DNA of 64,000 bases from Bacteroidales bacterium (GCA_041671145.1 JBAZBZ010000014.1:1727-65726), one strand, 5' to 3'. Counted from the first letter of the stretch, positions 17,860 through 28,798 are shown. The notes: a model not told the origin generated them from the letters alone. Numbers and translations: made by a program.

Positions 17860-18624
17860 ATGAAACAAAATTTTAAAAAGTATGGTTGGATGCACGATTT
17901 ACCTGACCATAGAGATTTTAGTTATCTTGCTCCGAAGCCTATAATTAGGAAGCTTCCTGCAAAAATTGATTTACAAAAATTATTTCCACCTGTTTATGAC
18001 CAGGGACAATTGGGAAGCTGCACAGCAAACGCCATTGGCGGTGCTTTCGAATTTGAATTAATAAAACAAAGACAGAAAGATTTCATGCCTTCACGGCTTT
18101 TCATTTACTACAACGAAAGAGTGATGGAAAATAATGTTAACAGCGATAGCGGAGCGATGATTCGTGATGGAATTAAAAGTATAAACAATCAAGGTGTATG
18201 TCCGGAAAAAATTTGGCCTTACAACATAAATAAATTTACACAAAAGCCATCTGCAAACTGCTATAAGGAAGCATTAAAACATCAGGCATTGCAGTATCAG
18301 CGGGTTATAAGAGACTTAAATCAATTTAAAGGATGTCTGGCAGAAGGATATCCGTTTGTTTTCGGATTTTCGGTTTACGAAAGCTTTGAAGGAAGCGAAG
18401 TAGCTAAAACCGGTAAATTAAATATTCCTAAAAAGAATGAAAAACTTTTGGGTGGACATGCTGTTGTTGCTGTTGGTTACGATGATAGCCAGAAACGATT
18501 TATAATCCGAAACAGTTGGGGCAACAAATGGGGAAAAAATGGATATTTCACTATGCCTTATGAATATTTAAACAACGATAAACTTTCAGATGATTTCTGG
18601 ACAATCAGATTGGTTGAAGATTAA
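17860..18624 (+). CDS. Papain-family (C1) cysteine peptidase, no obvious signal peptide
   Basis: Catalytic-Cys motif QGQLGSCTANA, His region GGHAVVAVGYDD, and NSWGNKWGKNGYF. Confidence 0.85.
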   Translation: MKQNFKKYGWMHDLPDHRDFSYLAPKPIIRKLPAKIDLQKLFPPVYDQGQLGSCTANAIGGAFEFELIKQRQKDFMPSRLFIYYNERVMENNVNSDSGAMIRDGIKSINNQGVCPEKIWPYNINKFTQKPSANCYKEALKHQALQYQRVIRDLNQFKGCLAEGYPFVFGFSVYESFEGSEVAKTGKLNIPKKNEKLLGGHAVVAVGYDDSQKRFIIRNSWGNKWGKNGYFTMPYEYLNNDKLSDDFWTIRLVED

Positions 18625-18632
18625 TAATAAAA

Positions 18633-19364
18633 ATGAAAAAAATATTTTTAATAACAGCAATATTAATATGCTTCGGTTTAATTTATTCTCAGAATAAATT
18701 ACAAGACGTTATTAATAAAACAAAAAAAACTATTACAGACAATAAACCTTTAACAAATACCGAAGTTGTTAAGGGTTTAAAGGAAGCATTAAATGTAGGA
18801 ACAAATAATTCAACAAAAAAAGTTTCAGCAGTTGATGGTTATTTCAAAAATCAGGCAATTAAAATTATTTTACCGCCCGACGCTGTGAAAATGGAAAAAA
18901 CACTTAGAGGAATGGGTATGGGACAACAAGTTGACAAGTGCGTATTAACTCTAAACAGAGCTGCCGAAGAAGCTGCAAAACAAGCAGCACCAATATTTTT
19001 AAATGCAATAACACAGCTTACAATTACCGATGGCATGAATATTCTGAAAGGTAAAGATAACGCTGCAACGCAATACTTAAAAGACAAAACTACAAACGAT
19101 TTAAAAATAAAATTCAAACCGGTTATTCATAATGCATTGCAAAAAGTTGAAATCACAAAATACTGGAACCCTTTGATGACAAAATATAACAAGCTCCCCA
19201 TGGTGCAAAAAATAAATCCTAACCTTGATGATTATGTTACAGTGAAAGCCCTTGACGGATTATTCAAAATGCTCGAAGGCGAAGAATTAAAAATCAGAAA
19301 AGACCCTGCTGCAAGGATTTCAGATATTCTGAAAAGAGTTTTTGGTTCGCTGGATAAAAAATAG
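18633..19364 (+). CDS. DUF4197-family secreted protein
   Basis: Signal peptide, with length and motifs (VSAVDGYFKNQAIKIILP, LNRAAEEAAKQAAPIF) as I recall for DUF4197. This assignment is from memory only. Confidence 0.6.
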   Translation: MKKIFLITAILICFGLIYSQNKLQDVINKTKKTITDNKPLTNTEVVKGLKEALNVGTNNSTKKVSAVDGYFKNQAIKIILPPDAVKMEKTLRGMGMGQQVDKCVLTLNRAAEEAAKQAAPIFLNAITQLTITDGMNILKGKDNAATQYLKDKTTNDLKIKFKPVIHNALQKVEITKYWNPLMTKYNKLPMVQKINPNLDDYVTVKALDGLFKMLEGEELKIRKDPAARISDILKRVFGSLDKK

Positions 19365-19427
19365 TATAATGTCAAACGGCATTTGTTTTTTTAATCAGAT
19401 TATATTATTTTCGTACAAAACTAAAAA

Positions 19428-19745
19428 ATGATTACCAATAATAGCACATACAAACTTATTAAAGATACTGCAACTCAATTAATCCCAAATTGTCAGGTTT
19501 ATCTGTTTGGTTCAAGAGTAAATTCAAATGAAACAAAAGACAGCGATTATGATTTATTAATAATAACTCCTAATAATATTTCAGTTCAAGATAAATTATT
19601 ATATAAATCTACATTGCGAAAATTATTTGCAAAAAACAAATTAGATGCCGACCTGATAATCGAGAGCAAAGATGAAATTAAATTTAAGAAAAATTTAATT
19701 GGACATATTGTAAAATATGCCTTAAACGAAGGAATATTGTTATGA
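19428..19745 (+). CDS. Minimal nucleotidyltransferase (MNT) domain protein, antitoxin-like
   Basis: LFGSRVNSNETKDSDYDLLI matches the GSxxxGxxxxxSDxDL nucleotidyltransferase motif. Its end overlaps the downstream HEPN gene by 4 nt. Confidence 0.8.
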   Translation: MITNNSTYKLIKDTATQLIPNCQVYLFGSRVNSNETKDSDYDLLIITPNNISVQDKLLYKSTLRKLFAKNKLDADLIIESKDEIKFKKNLIGHIVKYALNEGILL

Positions 19746-20122
19746 GCAAAAAAGAAGAATATCTTAGGGAGTGGATAACAAAAGCAGAAGATGACTTAGA
19801 TGTAATAAACAAACTTACCGAAGAAGGTATTGTGGCTAAGTCAGCAGTATGTTTTCATTGCCAGCAATTGGCGGAAAAATACCTTAAAATATTTCTAATT
19901 TATAAAGAAAAAGAATTTACAAAAACACATAATATTGAACTTTTACTCGAAGAATGTTCCCAAATTGATAAAGATTTTAGTACAATAGAACCAAAAAATT
20001 TAAGTGATTTTGGTGTAAATGTGAGATACCCCGGAGATATTTATATTCCTTCCGACAAAGAAACAATGGAATACAAAGAAATTGCTCTTGAAATAAGAAT
20101 ATTAGTAAGATTGAAAATATAA
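19742..20122 (+). CDS. HEPN domain protein, toxin-like partner of the MNT gene
   Basis: 126 aa and helical, with an NVRYPGD-type motif. It shows the canonical MNT-HEPN two-gene arrangement with an ATGA overlap. Confidence 0.7.
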   Translation: MSKKEEYLREWITKAEDDLDVINKLTEEGIVAKSAVCFHCQQLAEKYLKIFLIYKEKEFTKTHNIELLLEECSQIDKDFSTIEPKNLSDFGVNVRYPGDIYIPSDKETMEYKEIALEIRILVRLKI

Positions 20123-20126
20123 ATAC

Positions 20127-20690
20127 ATGAGTAAGTTTCTAATTACCGGCTTAGGAAACATATGCGAAGAATACGAAAACACCCGCCATAATATCGGGTT
20201 CATGATATTGGATGCTTTTGCAAAAAAAGAAAAATTTTCATTTTCTTCAAAAAGATACGCTGATGTTACAGAATTCAAATATAAAGGTAAAATTTTGTTT
20301 TTTATTAAACCAGCTACATTCATGAATTTAAGCGGCAATGCAGTGAGATACTGGCTGCAAAAAGAAAATATTTTATTAGAAAATCTTCTTGTTATTTGTG
20401 ATGATATTGCTTTGCCTTTAGGTTCGCTGCGAATGAAAACAAAAGGCGGCGACGGCAGTCATAACGGATTAACAAGCATTATAGAAACACTCGGCACTTC
20501 TGAATTTTCACGATTACGATTCGGCATCGGCAATAATTTTCCAAAAGGATACCAATCTGATTATGTTCTTGGCAAATGGACACATGAAGAAAAACAAATA
20601 TTAACTCCCAAAATAGAAATTGCTGCTGAAATGATTAAAAGTTTTGTTGCCTTTGGTTCAGCAAAAACTATGACCGATTTCAACGAATAG
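20127..20690 (+). CDS. pth: Peptidyl-tRNA hydrolase
   Basis: LITGLGNICEEYENTRHNIGF and GGDGSHNGL motifs; 187 aa. Confidence 0.9.
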   Translation: MSKFLITGLGNICEEYENTRHNIGFMILDAFAKKEKFSFSSKRYADVTEFKYKGKILFFIKPATFMNLSGNAVRYWLQKENILLENLLVICDDIALPLGSLRMKTKGGDGSHNGLTSIIETLGTSEFSRLRFGIGNNFPKGYQSDYVLGKWTHEEKQILTPKIEIAAEMIKSFVAFGSAKTMTDFNE

Positions 20691-20782
20691 ATGATTGAAA
20701 TATATAAAGTGTTTGAAGTTGAAAAAATAAATAATTATTTTTTTTAAAATTCTAAATCCCAAATCTTAATTCCTAAATTTTT

Positions 20783-22492
20783 ATGCAAAAACGCTGGACG
20801 CTTAAAAAACAAGCAGATGAAGAAACTGTAAAAAACCTATCTCAAAAATGTAATATAAATCCGGTTATTGCAAAAATTCTCGTACAGAGAGGCATTGATA
20901 CTTTTGAAAAAGCAAAGTCATTTTTTCGCCCTTCGCTTGATGATTTGTACAATCCCTTTCTGATGAAAGATATGGATATTGCAGTTGCACGCCTCGATAA
21001 AGCAATTGAAAAAAATGAAAAAATTTTAATTTATGGTGATTATGATGTTGACGGAACTACGGCTGTTGCTTTGATTTATTCATTCTTAAAAGAATATAAT
21101 AAAAATATCGATTTCTATATTCCCGACCGAAATTCAGAAGGATATGGTGTTTCATTCAAAGCAATTGATTTTGCAAAAGAAAATAATTTTTCCTTGATAA
21201 TATCTCTCGATTGCGGAATTAAAGCAATTGAACAAATTAAATATGCAAAAGATTCAGGTATTGATTTTATCGTTTGCGACCATCATATTCAAGGAGAAGA
21301 ACTACCTGTTGCCACTGCAATTTTAGACCCGAAAAGAAATAACTGCACATACCCTTACAAAGAACTCAGTGGCTGTGGAGTTGGCTTTAAAATGCTTTTC
21401 GGATATTGCCTGAAAAAAAACATTCCTATCAGCAAATTATATGACTATCTTGATTTGGTTGCAATAAGCGTTTGTTCAGACATAGTTCCGATTACAGGAG
21501 AAAACAGAATTTTAACTTATTACGGATTGCAATCAATAAATAATTGTCCCCGTCCGGGTATCAAGTCGTTGCTTGATGTCAGCGGATTTAAGAAAAGAGC
21601 TTCTGTGAATGATGTTGTTTTTGTTATTGGACCCAGAATTAATGCAGCAGGAAGAATTAATACCGGAAGAAATGCAGTAGAATTATTAATTTCTGATGAC
21701 GCAGAAAAATCAATTGCTTTCGCAAAAGAAATAAATTACGACAACAACACACGCAAAGACCTTGATAAGCAAATAACACAGGAGGCATTGCAAATAATTG
21801 GAAACAGTGAGGAGTTGCAAAAAAGAAAATCTACTGTTTTGTTTAATCCCGACTGGCATAAGGGAGTTATAGGCATTGTTGCATCAAGAGTGATTGAAAA
21901 TTATTACAAACCGACAATAATTTTAACAGAGTCTGAAGGATTTGCAACTGGCTCGGCTCGTTCTATAAAAAATTTCGATTTGTATGAAGCATTGTGTGCT
22001 TGCAGTGATTTACTTGAACGCTTCGGTGGACACAAATATGCTGCAGGCATTACCATGAAAAAAGAAAATATAGGATTATTTACAGAAAAATTTGAAAAAA
22101 TCGTATGTGAAACAATTGATGATGAATTATTAATTCCCGAAATAGATATTGATTCTGAAATTAATTTCAACGATATTACCCTTAATTTTTGTAAAGTTAT
22201 AAAACAGTTTGCTCCATTCGGTCCGGAAAATATGAACCCTCTTTTTAAAACCGAAAATGTTTTTGATAAAGGATTTGCCAAAATAGTTGGAGAAAAACAT
22301 CTTAAATTAAACTTATGCCAAAACAGCAATAAAAACAAAATGTTTGATGCAATTGCTTTCAACAAAGCAGAAGTTCTTGATAAAGTAAATCAAAATTCAC
22401 CATTTGCAATTTGTTATTCAATAGAAGAAAACGAATGGAACGGGGAAATAAAAGTTCAGTTAAATATAAAAGATTTTTTTTGTAAAATTTAA
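20783..22492 (+). CDS. recJ: Single-stranded-DNA-specific exonuclease RecJ
   Basis: DHH-family motifs (GDYDVDGTT, CDHH), a DHHA1 region (GGHKYAAG) and 569 aa. Confidence 0.9.
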   Translation: MQKRWTLKKQADEETVKNLSQKCNINPVIAKILVQRGIDTFEKAKSFFRPSLDDLYNPFLMKDMDIAVARLDKAIEKNEKILIYGDYDVDGTTAVALIYSFLKEYNKNIDFYIPDRNSEGYGVSFKAIDFAKENNFSLIISLDCGIKAIEQIKYAKDSGIDFIVCDHHIQGEELPVATAILDPKRNNCTYPYKELSGCGVGFKMLFGYCLKKNIPISKLYDYLDLVAISVCSDIVPITGENRILTYYGLQSINNCPRPGIKSLLDVSGFKKRASVNDVVFVIGPRINAAGRINTGRNAVELLISDDAEKSIAFAKEINYDNNTRKDLDKQITQEALQIIGNSEELQKRKSTVLFNPDWHKGVIGIVASRVIENYYKPTIILTESEGFATGSARSIKNFDLYEALCACSDLLERFGGHKYAAGITMKKENIGLFTEKFEKIVCETIDDELLIPEIDIDSEINFNDITLNFCKVIKQFAPFGPENMNPLFKTENVFDKGFAKIVGEKHLKLNLCQNSNKNKMFDAIAFNKAEVLDKVNQNSPFAICYSIEENEWNGEIKVQLNIKDFFCKI

Positions 22493-22526
22493 TTTTAATA
22501 TATTAGCGGTTTTATAGCAATTCTTA

Positions 22527-24263
22527 ATGAAAAAAATACACATAAGATTAATTTTTCTGATTTCTGTCCGGCTTGCGATGCTTTTAGTCGCTCTGCTTAT
22601 TCTTTATAAATTTGAATTATCAAAATTAAAAATAATAAAAAAAGATACTGAAGCGCAGAAAAAAGACATGTTTGAAAAGATTGTTCAATTGAAAGGACAA
22701 CCTCTTGAAACATTTGCTTTTGATTATACATATTGGGATGAAATGGTAAAATTCGTGAAAGACCCGAATACTGAATCTGCAAAAAAATGGGCTGACGAAA
22801 CAATTGCAACTGCTCTTGGTACTTATAATGCAAACTTTGTATGGATTTATGATTCAAAATATAAGTTAATATACACTGTAAATAATGTAAAAAATGAGCC
22901 AATATATCCTTTCGATGAATCATTGGTTAAGAAGATTTTCAGCAACGGGAAATATGCAAATTTCTTTTTGCGTTCTCCTTTAGGAATACTTGAATTACGT
23001 GCAGCTTCTATTCATCCATCTTATGACTATAACAGATTTACTTACCCAAAAGGATACTTTTTTGTAGCAAAATTATGGACGAAAAGCTATATGGACGAAA
23101 TTTCAAAAATGACACAAACAAAAATTTCTATAATTCCCATAATAAATGACATTTTTGAAAATAATAGTGATGATAATGATATAATTCATTTTTCAAAAAT
23201 TCTTTATGGTTATGATAACAAACCAATAATAAAACTTGATGTAAATACTCAGTCAGCTGCTTTACGTAATTTGATTGCCCTTACAAACAACACACTTTAC
23301 GTTGCAGTTATATTTCTGGTTTTTGTAATTGCTGTTATATCAGTATTTTCAATATTTTCAATAAAAAGACCTATTTCTTTATTAATAAAATCGCTTCAAA
23401 CAAAAGATACAACAATAATAAAAAATTTAATAAAAAAAGAAAAAAGTGAATTTGGAATATTAGCACGGTTAATTACAGCATTTTTTGAACAACAGAATTT
23501 GCTTATAGGACAAAAAACCGAATTGTCGGAAACTAAAATCAGGTTGCACGCTTTTGTTGACCATATTCCTTTTGTTGCATGGCTTAAAGATAAAGACAGT
23601 AAATTCATAACCGTAAATAAGCCCTACGCTAATCTAACAGGATATAAAATTGAAGATATTATTGGAAAAGATGATTACGATATTTGGCCTAAGGATTTCG
23701 CAGAATTTAACATGAAAAGCGATAAGGAAATATTTGCCTCAAAACAACAAAGCTATTTTGATGAAAAACTTCCTTTTATAAAAAATCAACCATGGTACGA
23801 AGTATATAAAACACCTATTATTAATGAAAAAGGCGAAGTTATAGGACTTACAGGAATAGCAAGAGATATTTCAATAAACAAAAAGGCAGATAATTTCACA
23901 AAAAAACAACGTGATTTAATAAAAATTATGCTTGATTCTCTTCAGGAATCCATTATCATATCTTCTGTTGATGGCTTTATATTGGAATGTAATGATAATA
24001 CTTTAAACTTATTTAAAATAAATTCCAAAGAAAAAATACTTGATACTTCTATATTCCAATTATTTCCCGAAAACATTAAGGAGCAGGTAATTGAAGATAT
24101 ATCTTTTATTATGGAAAACGGAGGAACAAAAGATTTTACATATAATTACTTCACAAAAGATGGAAATAAAAGTTCATTGAAATCAAGAATTTCCCTTGCT
24201 AATGATTTCGAAGGCAAACCATCTTATCTTATTACTAAAACAAAAAAGTTAAAAGATATTTAA
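22527..24263 (+). CDS. Membrane sensor with CHASE4-like periplasmic domain and two PAS domains; no output domain seen
   Basis: N-terminal TM, DYTYWDEM (CHASE4-like), a second TM, then two PAS-like segments. The protein ends without HisKA/HATPase, GGDEF or HTH motifs. Confidence 0.6.
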   Translation: MKKIHIRLIFLISVRLAMLLVALLILYKFELSKLKIIKKDTEAQKKDMFEKIVQLKGQPLETFAFDYTYWDEMVKFVKDPNTESAKKWADETIATALGTYNANFVWIYDSKYKLIYTVNNVKNEPIYPFDESLVKKIFSNGKYANFFLRSPLGILELRAASIHPSYDYNRFTYPKGYFFVAKLWTKSYMDEISKMTQTKISIIPIINDIFENNSDDNDIIHFSKILYGYDNKPIIKLDVNTQSAALRNLIALTNNTLYVAVIFLVFVIAVISVFSIFSIKRPISLLIKSLQTKDTTIIKNLIKKEKSEFGILARLITAFFEQQNLLIGQKTELSETKIRLHAFVDHIPFVAWLKDKDSKFITVNKPYANLTGYKIEDIIGKDDYDIWPKDFAEFNMKSDKEIFASKQQSYFDEKLPFIKNQPWYEVYKTPIINEKGEVIGLTGIARDISINKKADNFTKKQRDLIKIMLDSLQESIIISSVDGFILECNDNTLNLFKINSKEKILDTSIFQLFPENIKEQVIEDISFIMENGGTKDFTYNYFTKDGNKSSLKSRISLANDFEGKPSYLITKTKKLKDI

Positions 24264-24297
24264 ACCACTTCTATAAATCAACAATTACTGATTAATT

Positions 24298-24852
24298 TTA
24301 TTTTTTTACAGAAATTGTTCCTTTAGGTTTTTTGATTTTCCATTTATCAAAATACTGGTCTGACTCAAGTCCCTCGCCAAATAAAATTTCATCGTTTGTA
24401 GTAATTTTCACGAATACATCGGAATATATTTTTTCTTTTTGTTCATTCCAGATTAAATGTTCAGTATTAAGTTTTTCTCCTTTTCTGTTGATAACTTCAA
24501 CATTATTTCTTGCCTCCATGATTTTTTCCTTTTCACGATATATTGCGTAATTGGATTTTAAGCTTGATTCAACACTTTTAAGTGAATCATAAAATAAAAC
24601 CTTAACGCCTTCGGGCATTTCCATATATGGTGTTTTATCATTTATATATCTTTTCAACAAAGGAGCATTAGCTTTAACAAGCACATCAGCATCTTCGCTG
24701 TAAATTATTTCAACATTTCTCGATGTTTCAGTCGGCGACTTGTCTTTGTTCGTAATAATGTTAACAGTGCTAATATCGTTCTCGCAGGAAAAAAGCAATC
24801 CCAAAACAATAACTAATATAATGGTTTTATATTTCTTAAGCAGCGCTGTCAT
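24298..24852 (-). CDS. Probable LPS export periplasmic lipoprotein LptC
   Basis: 184 aa with a lipoprotein-type signal (LLFSCEND). Size and beta-rich pattern are typical of Bacteroidota LptC. Assignment is by resemblance only. Confidence 0.45.
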   Translation of the reverse strand: MTALLKKYKTIILVIVLGLLFSCENDISTVNIITNKDKSPTETSRNVEIIYSEDADVLVKANAPLLKRYINDKTPYMEMPEGVKVLFYDSLKSVESSLKSNYAIYREKEKIMEARNNVEVINRKGEKLNTEHLIWNEQKEKIYSDVFVKITTNDEILFGEGLESDQYFDKWKIKKPKGTISVKK

Positions 24853-27800
24853 ATAATTTTCGATATATTATTATTCAAATTATTAAATTCCATATAAAAA
24901 GATGTTCCTTTATTTTCTTTTGTTTCAAACCATATTTTCCCGTTCAGATTTTCAACAATACTTTTAACTATTGCAAGACCCAATCCCATTCCTCCTGTTT
25001 TTGTAGTAAAATCAGGAGAAAAAATTTTACTTATCTGATCAGAGGAAATTCCTATTCCATTGTCGGTAATTTTAATAATTACTATTTTATTTTTTTCGTA
25101 TAATTCAATATTTAAAATTCCTTTTCTATTGAATGGTATTGCCTGCATTGCATTATTGAGCAGGTTTGTCAAAATTCTCTGCAACTGGCTGCGGTCGCCA
25201 TTTATAAAATATTCTTTTTCTTCCTGTTTTGAAAAATGTATTTCTAAATTTTCAATGTTTTTATATAAATCAATACTATTATTAATTATTTCAGAAAGTT
25301 CAATTTTTTCATTATTTGTATGAGGCATTTTCGCAAAATCGGAAAATTCAGTTGAAATAGCAGATAAAGTATCTATCTGTTCTATCATTGTGCGGGTAAA
25401 TTTTTGCAGGCGTTCATCAAAGTTCTGTGCTTTATCTTTCCATGCTTTTTCCAAATATTGAACACTAAGTTTCATGGGAGTAAGAGGATTTTTTATTTCG
25501 TGTGCAACCTGCTTTGCCATTTCTCTCCATGCACTTTCTCTTTCCGATTTTGCGAGCATTTCTGCACTTTTTGCAAGTTCTTTTATCATGCGGTTGTATT
25601 CCTTAATTAAACTTCCTATTTCATCTTCGCTTTTCCATTCAATATTTTCATTTTTTCTGCCAAGTTTGGTTCTGCTCATTTTTATTCTAATAAACTGCAA
25701 TGGCAAAGTTATATAATTTGATACAAATAAAGAAACCACTATTGCCAAGGTGAAAAGTAATACATATATATTTATAAGTGCAACTATAAAAGTTGATAGT
25801 TCCTTTCTGGCTTCATTTTGTTTTGAAAAATACGGTAAGTTTATATATGCTATTGTTTTATTATTATCGTTCTTAAAAGGAATATAAGCAGATATATATT
25901 TCATACTTCCTATATTTTCATTATTAATAAATAATGTTTTCTGGTTTAAACTCAACTCGCTTAAAGCTACAGGATTTATTTTGTTGCTTATCAATCCTTC
26001 GTTAAAAATTTTAGGACGTGTTGATGCAATGAGATTTCCCTTTGGGTCATATAAATTAATGTCAATAAAATAAACATTAGAAAATTTTATAAGAAGTTCA
26101 GAAATGTAATCACTCATATTTGGTGAAATTGATGAAACATCTGAAACCCTGTGTTCCATTTCAATTGAAATTGAATGAATTTTTTCTTTTATGTTTTCAT
26201 AATTTTTATTTTCGAACAGATTGAGAATATAGTATGTTGAGCTTATACCAATAATAACAAGTGATACAAGAACTATCAGAATTGTTGTTATTTGAATTCT
26301 GAATTTAAAATTTGCTCGAACTGTTTCATATAAATTCGGTAATTTTCTTAAAAAAAGAAATAAAATGGCTATTATGCTGAAAAATCCGAACAAATAAGAA
26401 AAAGGTGTAATAATATTAAGAAGATTATCACTTTTTTTACTGATTATTAAAGATGTTTTATCATCAACTTTATAAAACAAATGATTAAACCCGTCTTTAT
26501 CAAAAAAAGTAAATTCATCATTTTGTTTTCCGTAAATATCGGAATAAAAACTGTACAAGTATTTGCCAAACTGGGTTACAAGCTGTTTATTGTTGTAAAT
26601 AGAATATGAATAATCTGTGGGGTCAATGAAACTTTTCACTTTTTTATCAAGAAGAAGCTCAGGATAGCCAATGCCTTGAGGAACAAATTTTGAATCAAGT
26701 TCTACAAAAAATTTTGTTGAATTTATCAGATTATTATTTTTATCGGGAATTGAAAGTTCTGATAAATAACTTATTTTTCCGGTGCCTTTATTTAAATGGT
26801 ATAAATCGCAGCTTATAGTGGGTTTTCCAATTGATAATATTTTCTCATTAAATAAAGTAAAACAATTCTTTTCAATACCATCAGGTACCATCAGCAATTT
26901 ATCTGAAGAACGACAGGTAGTTACTTGCACATCATATTTTTCCCAGTAACCCGAGAAATATTTTTCTTTTATTCTTTTTTCTATTGAATCTTCGTTAAAT
27001 GTTTTTCCCGAAATAAACTTTTTTAAAATTGTATCTTTTTTAATTTCCTGTTCAATTTCCGTAAATATATATTCTGCAATGGGGTCTTGTTCTGTAGAAA
27101 GTTTTATAGCAAGTGATTTTCTTTTTTCACTTTCTTTTGCTACATTAAAATCATTGAGCAAAAACGTTGCAACCATTGAATACAATAGTAAATAAAGCAT
27201 CACATTATAAAATGATAAAATATTTTTTGTTTTTATTTTTACAAATAATAATAATATAATAACTATCAAAGTCCATGAAATAACCAAAATACCTGATTGA
27301 GTATAATCGGTATCACAAATCATAAACAACAATACTCCCGCAATGAAATTCGGAAGATGAAAACTTAATTTTTTATTAAAAAATACCAGAAAGGAAACTG
27401 TTTTTTCAATCAAAAGAAAAAGAGATAAAAATAATATTCCAATGATTAAAAAGCCGGTAAAGCTTAATATATCAAGTTCAAAAATATTATTTACATTATA
27501 AGAAATATTTGAATTTATAACTATGCTTTTGAAAATATCAACTACAAAATCTGAGAGTTCAAATAAAATAAAAATCCCTAAAGTAGCTATAACACGCTTA
27601 TTCCACATTTTATATTTTCTGAAAATTTTTATTAAATTATATTTTTCAGAAAATACTATAACCATAAAAAATAAAAGCACTACATTTAAAAACAGGTCGC
27701 CAAAAGAAGGAAACCAAAATGACATTGCATAAAATTTAGGACTAAACAATTCGAGCTCATAAAGAGATGACGGAGTTTTATAATAGATTGAAAAAAATCT

Positions 27801-28562
27801 TAAACTAACAATAATCGCAGCAAAAGCTAAATAAAAAATTTGATTTTTATAACGAGCAACTACGATATTACACAGTGATAAAAGAAAAAAAACAATAAAA
27901 ATCAAACTTATTATATAAAATATTACATCAATGCTTTTATCAGCATTATCAGTACTTTCATCATTTTTATATATTAATGAAAAAAGAAATTTTTTATCCG
28001 CTGAAAATATATTATAATTTCCTGTTTGGCTTTTACTGATTGTGGTATTTTGTTTGACTGTAAATTCTTTTTGAAATTTATTTAAAAGATATTTGTTGTT
28101 ATACTGGTATTCGCGGTTCAATAAAATCAATCCTACTATCGTATATTTTCCATCGCTTTTATTAATAATTCTGTACCATCCGTTTTTCAAACGCAGTATT
28201 TGACTGTTGGTTAATTTATTCAAACTATAATCGCTTACAGGAACATTATTATCTGACCAGTATTTAAGATTTTTATTTTCATAAATAAAAAAGGAATAAC
28301 CCTTTTTTTCATAAAAATCGTTGTAATGCCTGATATTTAATAAAAAATAGCTTTCTTCTTTTTCTTTTACCTTGACCAGCAGGTTTTTCAAAATAGTATC
28401 CAGTTCATTTTCCTTGTAGGTTAGTGTTTTTTGAAATAAATTTGTTTTCTTTTCATTACTGACAAGGAAAATATTTGCATTCTTATATGAAATACCCAAT
28501 ACATAGAATATTACAGCAATTATTAACAACAAAATTGTTTTATTTTTCTTATTTATCTTCAT
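24849..28562 (-). CDS. Large multi-pass sensor histidine kinase (NtrY-like core)
   Basis: Multiple TM helices and a HAMP-like linker. The H-box is VAHEIKNPLTPMKLS, with N box NLLNNAMQAI and G boxes DNGIGI and GGMGLGLAIVKSIVE. Confidence 0.8.
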   Translation of the reverse strand: MKINKKNKTILLLIIAVIFYVLGISYKNANIFLVSNEKKTNLFQKTLTYKENELDTILKNLLVKVKEKEESYFLLNIRHYNDFYEKKGYSFFIYENKNLKYWSDNNVPVSDYSLNKLTNSQILRLKNGWYRIINKSDGKYTIVGLILLNREYQYNNKYLLNKFQKEFTVKQNTTISKSQTGNYNIFSADKKFLFSLIYKNDESTDNADKSIDVIFYIISLIFIVFFLLSLCNIVVARYKNQIFYLAFAAIIVSLRFFSIYYKTPSSLYELELFSPKFYAMSFWFPSFGDLFLNVVLLFFMVIVFSEKYNLIKIFRKYKMWNKRVIATLGIFILFELSDFVVDIFKSIVINSNISYNVNNIFELDILSFTGFLIIGILFLSLFLLIEKTVSFLVFFNKKLSFHLPNFIAGVLLFMICDTDYTQSGILVISWTLIVIILLLFVKIKTKNILSFYNVMLYLLLYSMVATFLLNDFNVAKESEKRKSLAIKLSTEQDPIAEYIFTEIEQEIKKDTILKKFISGKTFNEDSIEKRIKEKYFSGYWEKYDVQVTTCRSSDKLLMVPDGIEKNCFTLFNEKILSIGKPTISCDLYHLNKGTGKISYLSELSIPDKNNNLINSTKFFVELDSKFVPQGIGYPELLLDKKVKSFIDPTDYSYSIYNNKQLVTQFGKYLYSFYSDIYGKQNDEFTFFDKDGFNHLFYKVDDKTSLIISKKSDNLLNIITPFSYLFGFFSIIAILFLFLRKLPNLYETVRANFKFRIQITTILIVLVSLVIIGISSTYYILNLFENKNYENIKEKIHSISIEMEHRVSDVSSISPNMSDYISELLIKFSNVYFIDINLYDPKGNLIASTRPKIFNEGLISNKINPVALSELSLNQKTLFINNENIGSMKYISAYIPFKNDNNKTIAYINLPYFSKQNEARKELSTFIVALINIYVLLFTLAIVVSLFVSNYITLPLQFIRIKMSRTKLGRKNENIEWKSEDEIGSLIKEYNRMIKELAKSAEMLAKSERESAWREMAKQVAHEIKNPLTPMKLSVQYLEKAWKDKAQNFDERLQKFTRTMIEQIDTLSAISTEFSDFAKMPHTNNEKIELSEIINNSIDLYKNIENLEIHFSKQEEKEYFINGDRSQLQRILTNLLNNAMQAIPFNRKGILNIELYEKNKIVIIKITDNGIGISSDQISKIFSPDFTTKTGGMGLGLAIVKSIVENLNGKIWFETKENKGTSFYMEFNNLNNNISKII

Positions 28563-28594
28563 ATTTTATTGTGTAACACTTTGTAATATTTATT

Positions 28595-28602
28595 CAAAAA
28601 TA
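28595..28602 (-). promoter_or_regulatory. Bacteroidota -7 box (TAnnTTTG) for the histidine kinase/lptC operon
   Basis: Plus-strand CAAAAATA is TATTTTTG on the minus strand, 33 nt upstream of the start at 28562. Confidence 0.4.
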
Positions 28603-28798
28603 CAATATAAAATAAAGCGATTTAACAAACGATTTTTGATTTTATGATATAATATTCATTTTTTATGTTTTTTTTATTAAATCTCTTAAAATTGGTTTTT
28701 TTATAATAAATTGGTATAAAATTTAACTATAAACAGCTAAATGTTGAATTAATTTTTATTTTTTACATATATTATTGATATTCAATATTTTGAATGAT

